Part shown: piece after piece, positions 19,880 to 28,497 of the stretch
Numbering within the stretch: the first letter of the stretch is position 1
How the letters are laid out: each line of letters opens with the position of its first letter
Source: an uncultured Methanosarcinales archaeon
GTDB lineage: Archaea > Nanobdellota > Nanobdellia > Woesearchaeales > JASKKU01
Assembly (NCBI GenBank): GCA_964445165.1
Contig: CAYUJZ010000001.1
Coordinates: forward strand, 1,591-65,590
Reading direction: 5' to 3'
DNA length: 64,000 bases
Made by a program: the position numbers and the translations under genes
The notes under the pieces: generated by a model
What the model saw: only the letters and a program-made list of their open reading frames with translations
The model's database searches: none
What the model was told of the DNA's origin: nothing

Positions 19880-21243
19880 TCTAAAAGCCTTTTGAGCTTG
19901 TAAAAAAAGGTTTTTCTTTTTAAGGTTTGCCTTATGGATGTGGAAATCCTTTTTGGATGGAGATAGAAAGCCATAAAGGCATAGGTTTTTAGTAGCCTGA
20001 GAAGGGGTCGGGGAATGCCTGAAAGAGAGTCTTTTGAGCTTGTATAATAGCTTGAGAACGAACTATTCTTGCTTGCACTTCCTAAATATGTTCCTGGAAG
20101 CGCTGTGAGAACGCTGAAAGTTGCAAAATCCAGGCCTAAATTAGAGATTTTATTGATTTCTCTTACAGTTTCCCTTATTCCCTTGTTAGGAAAGCCAATC
20201 ATAAAAAAGCCAAGAGTTTTTATGCCAGCTTTGTTTAGGACCCGAATTGACTCTCTAACTTCTTTATGAGGAAGTACTTTTTTCAGCAGTTCGTTCCTAT
20301 TTTTTTCATCTAATGTTTCAATCCCCAGCCTTACTTCAACACATCCTGCCTTCTTCATAAGACTGGCTAATTCTGGTTTTACCAGGTCAGCCCTTGTATT
20401 GCATATCCAAGTGAATGAGATTCTTTGGGCTTTTTTAAGCTTAATAAGAGAATTGCAGAAATCAATTACATGTTCCTCATTCACAGTGAAGGAATCATCA
20501 TGAAGCATAAAGGAGTTTATATTGTGGTGTTTTTTCAGGAATTTCAGCTCTGAAAGTATAAAACTTATTTTTTTATGTTTTAATTTCTTTCCAAAAATGT
20601 TTTCCACTGTGGGCTGGCAGAATTTGCATTGGAAAGGGCATGAGCGTGAGGATGAGAAGCTCACTCCTCTTCGTTTTTTCAGGTAATCTAGGTACGGCCA
20701 GTGCCTAATGTAATCTTCAAGGTTTGGGATTATGCCCCAGTCTATCCTTGGGATTTCAAGGTTTGGAAAAAACTCTCTTTTTGTTTTGAGGATTTTCCTG
20801 TTTTTCCTAAAGCAAAGATTGGGAAGCTGCTCAAGCCTGCGATTCTGAAAAAGGGCTGAAATAGAGCCTGAATCTGCAAAGAGTTCAATTATGCTCTTTA
20901 ATGTTAACTCTCCCTCGCCCAAAACCGCAATGTCCGCGATGGTGAGGGATTTTTCTGGCTGTATTGTTGGGCCTGGGCCCCCTATTATTCTTAAAGCACT
21001 GATTTTTGAGAAAAAATGCCTGTTTTTGTTTAGATGGTATTCCATAGAAAAACTATTTGCAGAGAAAGCTACGATCTGGAACTTTTTAGAGAGAATCTCT
21101 TTGGAGAGTCTGTCAAAGTACCAAAAAGAAAAATCCTGCTCTTTCTTAAGGTAAGAGATTAGTTCAAGCAAGCCAGCGTTCACATGGCCTGTTTTTAAAC
21201 CCTGGTTCAGATCAACAAAGGCTATTCTAGGCTTTTGCCGCAT
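19876..21243 (-). CDS. class-B (B12-binding) radical SAM enzyme
   Basis: IIGGPGPT motif, then SCPFQCKFC; its stop overlaps the start of the upstream gene. Confidence 0.8.
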   Translation of the reverse strand: MRQKPRIAFVDLNQGLKTGHVNAGLLELISYLKKEQDFSFWYFDRLSKEILSKKFQIVAFSANSFSMEYHLNKNRHFFSKISALRIIGGPGPTIQPEKSLTIADIAVLGEGELTLKSIIELFADSGSISALFQNRRLEQLPNLCFRKNRKILKTKREFFPNLEIPRIDWGIIPNLEDYIRHWPYLDYLKKRRGVSFSSSRSCPFQCKFCQPTVENIFGKKLKHKKISFILSELKFLKKHHNINSFMLHDDSFTVNEEHVIDFCNSLIKLKKAQRISFTWICNTRADLVKPELASLMKKAGCVEVRLGIETLDEKNRNELLKKVLPHKEVRESIRVLNKAGIKTLGFFMIGFPNKGIRETVREINKISNLGLDFATFSVLTALPGTYLGSASKNSSFSSYYTSSKDSLSGIPRPLLRLLKTYAFMAFYLHPKRISTSIRQTLKRKTFFYKLKRLLE

Positions 21244-21534
21244 AAAACAGCAAGTATAAAGGGGTTTTTATTTATTTTGATTTTTCTGAGCTAAAAAAGA
21301 CATTCGGAATTAACCAAAGCAAATGCCTGAAACACAGCTAACATTATTAATCTAACAAAGGCTTGAGCTCGCCATCGCCATAAACTTCTTTATATGTGAT
21401 TGCTATTCCGGGACAGGAATCCTTGTAAATGCAGGGCTTGCATTTCTCGGTTTTTATGTGCATTTTGTCATCTTCTCCTGAGCCATTGATAAAGTAGGGG
21501 TTGTATTTCATCAGCCCAGGGAATATGCAGAAGG
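20829..21534. repeat. copy 1 of a ~706 bp segmental duplication (5' end of the B12-rSAM gene + intergenic spacer + 3' end of the short rSAM gene)
   Basis: Near-identical to 22433-23138 at a constant offset of 1604 bp. The antisense ORFs 20891-21154 and 22495-22758 encode identical peptides. Confidence 0.9.
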
Positions 21535-22228
21535 GAAAAGAGCCCGCACCTTCGGTGAGACCAAAAGGAACATCCTTCTTTGCAAAGAGCCTGAAAGCAC
21601 TTTCGATAAAGCCTGCATGAGAACTCAGCCTAAAAGAAACATGCTTGAATTTGCTGGCAGGTGAGTTTATCCTAGCCAAGGCAAAACAAAACTGGTTGAC
21701 GGAAAGTCCTGGAAAATTTTTTCTTACAAAAAAGGGAATCTTGTAAAAGTGAGCAAGGTTCTGCTTCATTATCACAATTAACATGGTTATAGGAACTTTA
21801 TGCTTCTCAAGGTTTTTCAGCGCGAGAAGCGCCTGCTGGTAGCAGTCTTTTTGGGCTATCATATTGTATGCTTCTTTCTGGTGAGAATTAAATGTAAGGA
21901 AAACGGACTGCAGGCCTAGCCCAACGAGTTTTCTGCAGTATTCCTCATCACTGAATTTAAGGCTGTTTGTCTCAACTGAAAACCTAATGCCTTTATCATG
22001 AGCAAACTCGCAAACTTTGATAAATTCTGGAAGCTGAGTTGGCTCGCCTCCGCCTAAAAAGAATAATTCTCTCAAACCGGGATTCTCTTCAATACCCTTT
22101 TTAATCTCCAGAATAATCTCTTCATAGGTTTTCACATGGCCATTAAACTCCTTTAGGTACTGGTTTCTCTCGCAGTAAATGCAATCTATCTCGCACGCCT
22201 GCTCAAAGTTTATGGATAATCTGCCCAT
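21347..22228 (-). CDS. short radical SAM enzyme, twitch-like C-terminus (family member 2)
   Basis: CEIDCIYC, GGGEPT, C-terminal CKPCIYKDSCPG. Confidence 0.8.
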   Translation of the reverse strand: MGRLSINFEQACEIDCIYCERNQYLKEFNGHVKTYEEIILEIKKGIEENPGLRELFFLGGGEPTQLPEFIKVCEFAHDKGIRFSVETNSLKFSDEEYCRKLVGLGLQSVFLTFNSHQKEAYNMIAQKDCYQQALLALKNLEKHKVPITMLIVIMKQNLAHFYKIPFFVRKNFPGLSVNQFCFALARINSPASKFKHVSFRLSSHAGFIESAFRLFAKKDVPFGLTEGAGSFPFCIFPGLMKYNPYFINGSGEDDKMHIKTEKCKPCIYKDSCPGIAITYKEVYGDGELKPLLD

Positions 22229-22340
22229 GAAATCACTATTGTTAGTCTTGCTTTATTATTTATAAAGCCTTTGGATTAAAAACAGTTTATTAATGGAAAG
22301 ATATAAAACATAAACCTTACTTCACAGAAAGATGCCAAAC

Positions 22341-22847
22341 CTATTGCTCACAAACTACTGCAATCGGTCGTGCCCTTACTGCTTTGCGAAGCAGAAGGTT
22401 GACCTTGAGAAGACAGAGGGGCTTGAGGGCGAGCTCAAGCCTTCGATTTTGAAAAAGGGCTGAAATAGAGCCTGAATCTGCAAAGAGTTCAATTATGCTC
22501 TTTAATGTTAACTCTCCCTCGCCCAAAACCGCAATGTCCGCGATGGTGAGGGATTTTTCTGGCTGTATTGTTGGGCCTGGGCCCCCTATTATTCTTAAAG
22601 CACTGATTTTTGAGAAAAAATGCCTGTTTTTGTTTAGATGGTATTCCATAGAAAAACTATTTGCAGAGAAAGCTACGATCTGGAACTTTTTAGAGAGAAT
22701 CTCTTTGGAGAGTCTGTCAAAGTACCAAAAAGAAAAATCCTGCTCTTTCTTAAGGTAAGAGATTAGTTCAAGCAAGCCAGCGTTCACATGGCCTGTTTTT
22801 AAACCCTGGTTCAGATCAACAAAGGCTATTCTAGGCTTTTGCCGCAT
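22341..22847 (-). pseudogene. truncated duplicate of the N-terminal 138 aa of the B12-rSAM gene at 19876-21243
   Basis: The N-terminal 138 aa (codons inside duplication copy 2) are identical to the 19876-21243 product, then it diverges into 30 unrelated residues and stops. Confidence 0.75.
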
Positions 22848-23138
22848 AAAACAGCAAGTATAAAGGGGTTTTTATTTATTTTGATTTTTCTGAGCTAAAA
22901 AAGACATTCGGAATTAACCAAAGCAAATGCCTGAAACACAGCTAACATTATTAATCTAACAAAGGCTTGAGCTCGCCATCGCCATAAACTTCTTTATATG
23001 TGATTGCTATTCCGGGACAGGAATCCTTGTAAATGCAGGGCTTGCATTTCTCGGTTTTTATGTGCATTTTGTCATCTTCTCCTGAGCCATTGATAAAGTA
23101 AGGGTTGTATTTCATCAGCCTAGGGAATATGCAGAAAA
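22433..23138. repeat. copy 2 of the ~706 bp segmental duplication; also carries a 3' fragment (about 60 codons) of the short rSAM gene
   Basis: A handful of mismatches relative to 20829-21534, e.g. gtagggg/gtaaggg. Confidence 0.9.
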
Positions 23139-23289
23139 GGCTATGCCCGCGAGAATTATCCCGTTGTTAACTAGGCTAAAAGAACTGACACTGCCTCTTT
23201 AATCATCCAGAAAAAAAGCAATCCTCTTTTTAACTTTAGGGAGCATTTCAATCATTAAGTTGTTGAGGATTCTTAAACATTTCCCTTTT

Positions 23290-24855
23290 CTAAATGCCTA
23301 TTATCTTAAATCGGGTGTTAAAAAAGCCTCTTTTTTGGGCTTTTTCAAGCACTTTCTGGTTCTCTTTATACCCTTCCTGGAACAAAGCCAGCTCAACCAC
23401 AAAAGGGTCCAAACAGCCAAACATCTGTCTTGCCGAGGGGTCATAAACAAAACTTAGCCTGAACTTTGGCGAAACAAACGAAAGCAGGTCCAGAAAAAGC
23501 TCATCCAGGTCAATCCCTGGCTTATTGGCAAACTCATCAAAAACCTCCTTAAAGGGGTTAGCCTTAACAAGATGGTCTAAGGTATAAAGAAATCTGGGTG
23601 AGCCCTGAATAATTGAAAGGTTTATTGCCACAAAGGAGCTTTTTAAGCCAGAATTAAAGAACATGTCCTTAACAGCCCTATTAAATGGCCTGTAAAAGTG
23701 CTCTTTCTTATTCGAAAAATCAAAAACAAGCTTAGGATAATCGCGCGTAATGCATGCCCGGGTATCCTTTGAGAATTCGCTCTCATCCGCAAGAAAGAAT
23801 ATCTTTTTATTGTTAAAAAACCTCTTATTTCCCCCGAATTGATTAACCAGCTTAAGCACAGAGGAATAGGTATCTTTGGGGTTAACATTAACAAGAAAGC
23901 CGTCATCCACAAAATTGCTCTTTTCTTTGATTCTCACTGAAGCAGCAAGAGGGTCGCTAAATACCGGGTTTAGCTCTTTTACATCATAAACATTCAGGTA
24001 GCTTTGCTTTACCCCGGGGCATAATGAGGTAAAGAAGCAATTTTCACAAATCTCGGGGTTTTTGACATACTCAAACTCACCGTAAGACTGCTCTCTATCA
24101 AGAAACTTCGTCTCATAATACTCTACTCCAGACGCCCTGAGAGCCTCAGAAGAGTAATACTCGAAATCTTTAAGGTAGCAAAGAGGCACCCTTTCTATCC
24201 TAAGGGTTGTCTCATGTCTCTCAGCTTCCTTTGCGGCATTATACAAGTAAGGCTCTGCAAGGGAATACCTGGGAACAACATTCTTTCTTATGGACTTCAT
24301 AATTTCCGGGTCATTTGAAGCAGGATCAACAAAATTCATTGTCCAGGTGTTTATTTTTGAGTGCTTTGAAGCATCTTTTATAATTTGTGGCAGAACCATA
24401 TAATTCTTTTCAATAATGGTTGTGTTCATGTTAACCTCAAAGCCGTGCTTGTGTGCAAAAGCCATGTTTTGGAATACTGTGGGAAGCTCAATCTCATCAG
24501 CACCGTTTATCTCCATCTCGGCTTCAGCATCGTAATGATGTATAGAAAAGACAAACTTATCAACATACCCTTTAAGCTTAAGAATAAGCTCTTCAGTAAG
24601 CTTTGTGCCATTAGTTATCATTCTTACCTGGGCTTTTGGGGCCTTTGCTCTGAGCATCTGAGCAAGCTCAACAATTTCAGGGTGCATAGCTGGCTCCCCA
24701 CCAGTAAGCACGAACATGTCTGCACCCTTTGAAATAAACTCATCAACCTTCTTCTCAAAAAGCTCTTTTGAGATATAATCTTCTGTCTTTTCTACTGAGC
24801 AGAAAATGCACTTGTGATTACAGTCAAGGGTAACAACAATATAGCCATCCATCAC
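23290..24855 (-). CDS. radical SAM enzyme of the short-family type with a ~200 aa C-terminal extension (family member 3)
   Basis: CNHKCIFC at residues 12-19, TGGEPA, CENCFFTSLCPG near residue 300. Confidence 0.8.
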   Translation of the reverse strand: MMDGYIVVTLDCNHKCIFCSVEKTEDYISKELFEKKVDEFISKGADMFVLTGGEPAMHPEIVELAQMLRAKAPKAQVRMITNGTKLTEELILKLKGYVDKFVFSIHHYDAEAEMEINGADEIELPTVFQNMAFAHKHGFEVNMNTTIIEKNYMVLPQIIKDASKHSKINTWTMNFVDPASNDPEIMKSIRKNVVPRYSLAEPYLYNAAKEAERHETTLRIERVPLCYLKDFEYYSSEALRASGVEYYETKFLDREQSYGEFEYVKNPEICENCFFTSLCPGVKQSYLNVYDVKELNPVFSDPLAASVRIKEKSNFVDDGFLVNVNPKDTYSSVLKLVNQFGGNKRFFNNKKIFFLADESEFSKDTRACITRDYPKLVFDFSNKKEHFYRPFNRAVKDMFFNSGLKSSFVAINLSIIQGSPRFLYTLDHLVKANPFKEVFDEFANKPGIDLDELFLDLLSFVSPKFRLSFVYDPSARQMFGCLDPFVVELALFQEGYKENQKVLEKAQKRGFFNTRFKIIGI

Positions 24856-25715
24856 TCCTCGCCTCCTTCCTTAAGTGGGCTGAGTGCATGGCCCGGCTCA
24901 ATCCTGAACTCCTTAAAATATCTTTCATAAAAACCCGCACATTTTTCATTAAAACAGCACGTGCTGCAGGATTCTGCTTTTATCCTGGGCACAATGCCAA
25001 CAGGATTTTTAACTAACGCCTTGCCAAGCTGGCCTTCAGCCAGAAAGCAGAAGGGAATGTTTCTTAACTCCAGAGCCATTCCTGTCTTGCTGGCACTCTC
25101 AATTATTTCCGTTAAAGCATCCTGCAGTATTAAATGATGCGGCATAAGCATAAAAAAGTTATCTTTTCCCAAGCCTGCAGGCTCAAAAAGCATGATTTTC
25201 CATTTAGATGCCTTAAGCCTCTTAAGCAAAAAAGGCATGCTTTTCAGGTTGGAATCATTGCATTTCGTCAGCACAGTGCTCACTTTGGTATCAAAGCCGG
25301 CAGAGGCAAGGTCTAAAAGCCCCTTCACAGACTGAATCCATGAATCCTCTGTACGAGTAAGGAAGTCGTGGATGTCCCTTCTCGAGGCATGCAGGGAAAC
25401 ATTGAACACAAGCTTTTTCTGAAAAGGCTTAAACTCCTTCAAGAAGGCAGGCACTGCAAGCATCCTACCGTTTGTATTAACCTCTATCATTTCAAAGAGA
25501 GAAAAAGCCTTCTTCACCAAAATCGGCAAGCCTTTGTACAGAGTTGGCTCCCTTGCAGAAATAACTAGCCTTTGCCCCTTTGCCAGGCCCTCAGCATCCA
25601 AGGCCTCCTGAATTTGCTTTATCTCGATTGACGGGTTTTTGCAAAACCAGCAATTATTGTTGCAGGCCTCAGAAACCTGCAATTTCAAGCATTCGGAGTG
25701 CATGGCTAAAGGCAA
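24852..25715 (-). CDS. short radical SAM enzyme, twitch-like C-terminus (family member 4)
   Basis: CNNNCWFC, LHASRRDIHDFLTR, C-terminal CSTCCFNEKC; overlaps the upstream gene. Confidence 0.8.
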   Translation of the reverse strand: MPLAMHSECLKLQVSEACNNNCWFCKNPSIEIKQIQEALDAEGLAKGQRLVISAREPTLYKGLPILVKKAFSLFEMIEVNTNGRMLAVPAFLKEFKPFQKKLVFNVSLHASRRDIHDFLTRTEDSWIQSVKGLLDLASAGFDTKVSTVLTKCNDSNLKSMPFLLKRLKASKWKIMLFEPAGLGKDNFFMLMPHHLILQDALTEIIESASKTGMALELRNIPFCFLAEGQLGKALVKNPVGIVPRIKAESCSTCCFNEKCAGFYERYFKEFRIEPGHALSPLKEGGEE

Positions 25716-25782
25716 AAAACAGGATTTATAAGCTTTTTGTTAGGTTTACCGGGGTTTCTCAAAGAAGGCTGCTTCTTTCCGA

Positions 25783-27372
25783 TTAGCCAGGAATTCTAAG
25801 GATTATGAACTCCGGGCTTTCATTATAAACAAGCTCAAAGGAGATGTTAAGGCTAGCCAGCTCATCTCTAACATCAAAATCCGCCCTCTCTGCAAACACA
25901 ATCAGGGTTTCCCCAGCTTCAGGCCTGTAATCTTCAAAAGAAATAGTATGGTCAAACCGTTTTATACATCTTTCATCAGAATAGAAAGCCATTAGATTAT
26001 CAGAAAGCATATCGGAAAACGGGATATTATAAAGAGTGAATCTTGCTGAACCAATATCAGCCACGCTCTCTAGGTAAGAGCAGTTTGCAGCCTTGCTAAT
26101 AAAATCCAGGCCATGGCTTTTTTGCGTACTTACATGCCCATAAATCGAAGGGTATGCATAAAAGCCGAAAAACAAGCTTGCTCCTGCCAAAAATACCAAA
26201 AGTGAAATGAATGCCATCTTTATCAAGGATTTTCTTTTGATAAGCTCAATCGAGCCTGATTCAAAAAAGCATGCGAGCAGAACAAAAAAGAAGAACAAAA
26301 GATAGGAAAAAAAATATTTCTGATTTACAAAAGTGGATGTTTCAAAAGATGAAAACAGAATAAGGAAAAAGAAGGGAAGCAGTGCCCACCATTTCTTAAA
26401 ATAAAACACATAAAAAGCTGTGAAGACAGAAAAACCAAGAAAGATAAAAAAAGACGGAAAATACGACAGCAAGCTCTCACTGACATTCATAAAGAAATAA
26501 TAAAGAGAGAAGCCGCGATTCACATTAAAGAACAGAACGTGATAGACAAATGGGGCAGCCAAAATAAAGAAAGCAGACAGGGCAACTGCAGAAAAAGCCT
26601 TATTCTTTTTAAGAAATTTATACGAGAAAACAAAAGGAATAAGAAAAAAAATCGCTCCGTGTTCAAACTTGATATATGCCATAGCAAGAAGAATTAGAAG
26701 AAAAAGCGAGACAAGAAAATAGCGTTTAGGCTTAGGCATAAAAAGCTTTCTATTTCCTTCGAGGCTGCAAAAAACAGGCACCAGCGCCACGATCAGGAAA
26801 AGAGAGAAAAATTCCGCAACTGAATATAGCGAACCATACAATGTTATTGGATTAAAGAAAATAAAGCACAATAATGCAAAAGAAGCAAGCCTGCTCAATT
26901 TTGTAGTCTTTAAGAGAAAGTAAAGCAAAATCCCGGCAGAAACAAAAACCAGGGGATTTAACAGGCTGATTTTTCTGGCGAAGCCAGAAAAAAGAGAAAA
27001 AAGGTACAGCACAAAAGAGTAACCCATAGGGTGAGATGGGTGAACAAAAGGGAGCAGAATCATTTTTTCAGAGAAGGGAATCTCAGGGTCCCGCATTATA
27101 TCAACATGATTCAGATATGTCCAAACTTGGGCGTCATGCCCAAAAAACGGCTCGTGCCTGAAAGAGAAAGCAGAATACAAAAAAACAAAGGCAATAATGA
27201 AAGCTACCAAGAAAAATGCGTCTTTCCAGCCAAGCTTAATTCCACTAAGGTGCTTTAAAAAAAAATAAAGCAAAAAACAGAAAAGCAAAGAGAATATAAT
27301 TATTACAAAAGGATACTCGAGCCTGCCCAATGCTGATAAGCCCGGTTCAAGAAAAGACAGGAACATAGGCAC
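25783..27372 (-). CDS. polytopic membrane protein, GT-C-like glycosyltransferase candidate
   Basis: 529 aa, more than 12 TM helices, FFGHDAQ in the first loop. Confidence 0.45.
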   Translation of the reverse strand: MPMFLSFLEPGLSALGRLEYPFVIIIFSLLFCFLLYFFLKHLSGIKLGWKDAFFLVAFIIAFVFLYSAFSFRHEPFFGHDAQVWTYLNHVDIMRDPEIPFSEKMILLPFVHPSHPMGYSFVLYLFSLFSGFARKISLLNPLVFVSAGILLYFLLKTTKLSRLASFALLCFIFFNPITLYGSLYSVAEFFSLFLIVALVPVFCSLEGNRKLFMPKPKRYFLVSLFLLILLAMAYIKFEHGAIFFLIPFVFSYKFLKKNKAFSAVALSAFFILAAPFVYHVLFFNVNRGFSLYYFFMNVSESLLSYFPSFFIFLGFSVFTAFYVFYFKKWWALLPFFFLILFSSFETSTFVNQKYFFSYLLFFFFVLLACFFESGSIELIKRKSLIKMAFISLLVFLAGASLFFGFYAYPSIYGHVSTQKSHGLDFISKAANCSYLESVADIGSARFTLYNIPFSDMLSDNLMAFYSDERCIKRFDHTISFEDYRPEAGETLIVFAERADFDVRDELASLNISFELVYNESPEFIILRIPG

Positions 27373-27413
27373 AAGTAAACCGGTTTTATTATAAATTTTT
27401 CTTTTTAATAAAA

Positions 27414-28409
27414 TTACTTAGATACGCCAGGATTTACCTTTGAGAAAGCTATGTTTTTCTTAACCCTGTTATAAAGGTCTTCTGAAAGTGGGTTAAAGTG
27501 ATAATCTTTATTATTCAGCAAATGCTCTCTCAGAATACCACCGCAAATACCATCTTTTTTCAGAAAGCACTTTTCACATTGCCAAAGATATTCCTGATTC
27601 CTGTAGTCTTTTACAATATCCTTTATTCTTTTGTTAATCTCATCATCTGAAAGGTTGTAAAGGTAGAAAACATTAAAAAATCTTATCGAATTAAACCCAA
27701 GAAGATCTTCTTCAGAGAAAATGCACAGGGGAACATATTCGATTCTTATATCTTCAGCATCTAACCTGCTAATCTTAAGGACGGCCCTTCTGATATCAGA
27801 AAAAGAAACCAAAAAATCCTGAAACCTTATGTTCTTATTATCGTTATGAAGATAAGGCATTGTGAGCCGCCAGGGATATATCCCAAACTCTTTCCTGCAG
27901 AAAACAAACATATCATAAAAGTTCTCGATGTTCTGCTTAAGAAAAACAGAAGTCAGCCTAATTTCAATGCCCGAATCCAGCTCAAGAAGATTCTTAATTC
28001 CCTTGACAACCTGATTAAAGGCGCCCGGATTTCCAACTGCAGCATCGTGGTATTTTGCTTCTGAGCCATAAATAGGTATAAAAACCCTCGAGATGCCGGT
28101 CTTAGCAAACCTGCTGGCAAAACTCTTGTCAGCAAGCCTGTTTCCCGGGTCAAGAAGACTTATATCATCAAAACTTTTAGATAACCAGGAAAGAAATTCT
28201 ATGATTTTAGAGTATTTCAAAGGCTCAGAGCCAGAAACATCAATCCTTTTAAATCCGTTTTTTCTGAAGTAAAGCGCATCTTTGAGAAGCTTCTTCTCTT
28301 CTTCAAGGCCTAGGTCGTCGTTATGTAAACTCTTGTCCGGCTTACAAAACACGCAGTTATTAGAGCAACGCGGATTGATGAGAATGCTCCCAAACTTGTC
28401 TTCTTTCAT
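27414..28409 (-). CDS. short radical SAM enzyme, twitch-like C-terminus (family member 5)
   Basis: CSNNCVFC, SGSEPL, C-terminal CEKCFLKKDGIC. Confidence 0.8.
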   Translation of the reverse strand: MKEDKFGSILINPRCSNNCVFCKPDKSLHNDDLGLEEEKKLLKDALYFRKNGFKRIDVSGSEPLKYSKIIEFLSWLSKSFDDISLLDPGNRLADKSFASRFAKTGISRVFIPIYGSEAKYHDAAVGNPGAFNQVVKGIKNLLELDSGIEIRLTSVFLKQNIENFYDMFVFCRKEFGIYPWRLTMPYLHNDNKNIRFQDFLVSFSDIRRAVLKISRLDAEDIRIEYVPLCIFSEEDLLGFNSIRFFNVFYLYNLSDDEINKRIKDIVKDYRNQEYLWQCEKCFLKKDGICGGILREHLLNNKDYHFNPLSEDLYNRVKKNIAFSKVNPGVSK

Positions 28410-28497
28410 AAAAAAAGAAAAAAGTCTTTTCGTTTAAAAATATTTGCCTTGCCCTTAAATAGGCAATATTTTTAAATCCGGCAACCTCACTATTTAT

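Noticed and set aside
20891-21154. Identical 87-aa ORFs at 20891-21154 and 22495-22758 (plus strand)
   Set aside because: They lie antisense to the B12-rSAM N-terminus within the duplicated segment. They are useful as markers of the repeat but are not credible genes.
10942-27372. One of the big membrane proteins as the oligosaccharyltransferase AglB/STT3
   Set aside because: None has a C-terminal soluble domain or the WWDYG motif. All are essentially fully membrane-embedded.
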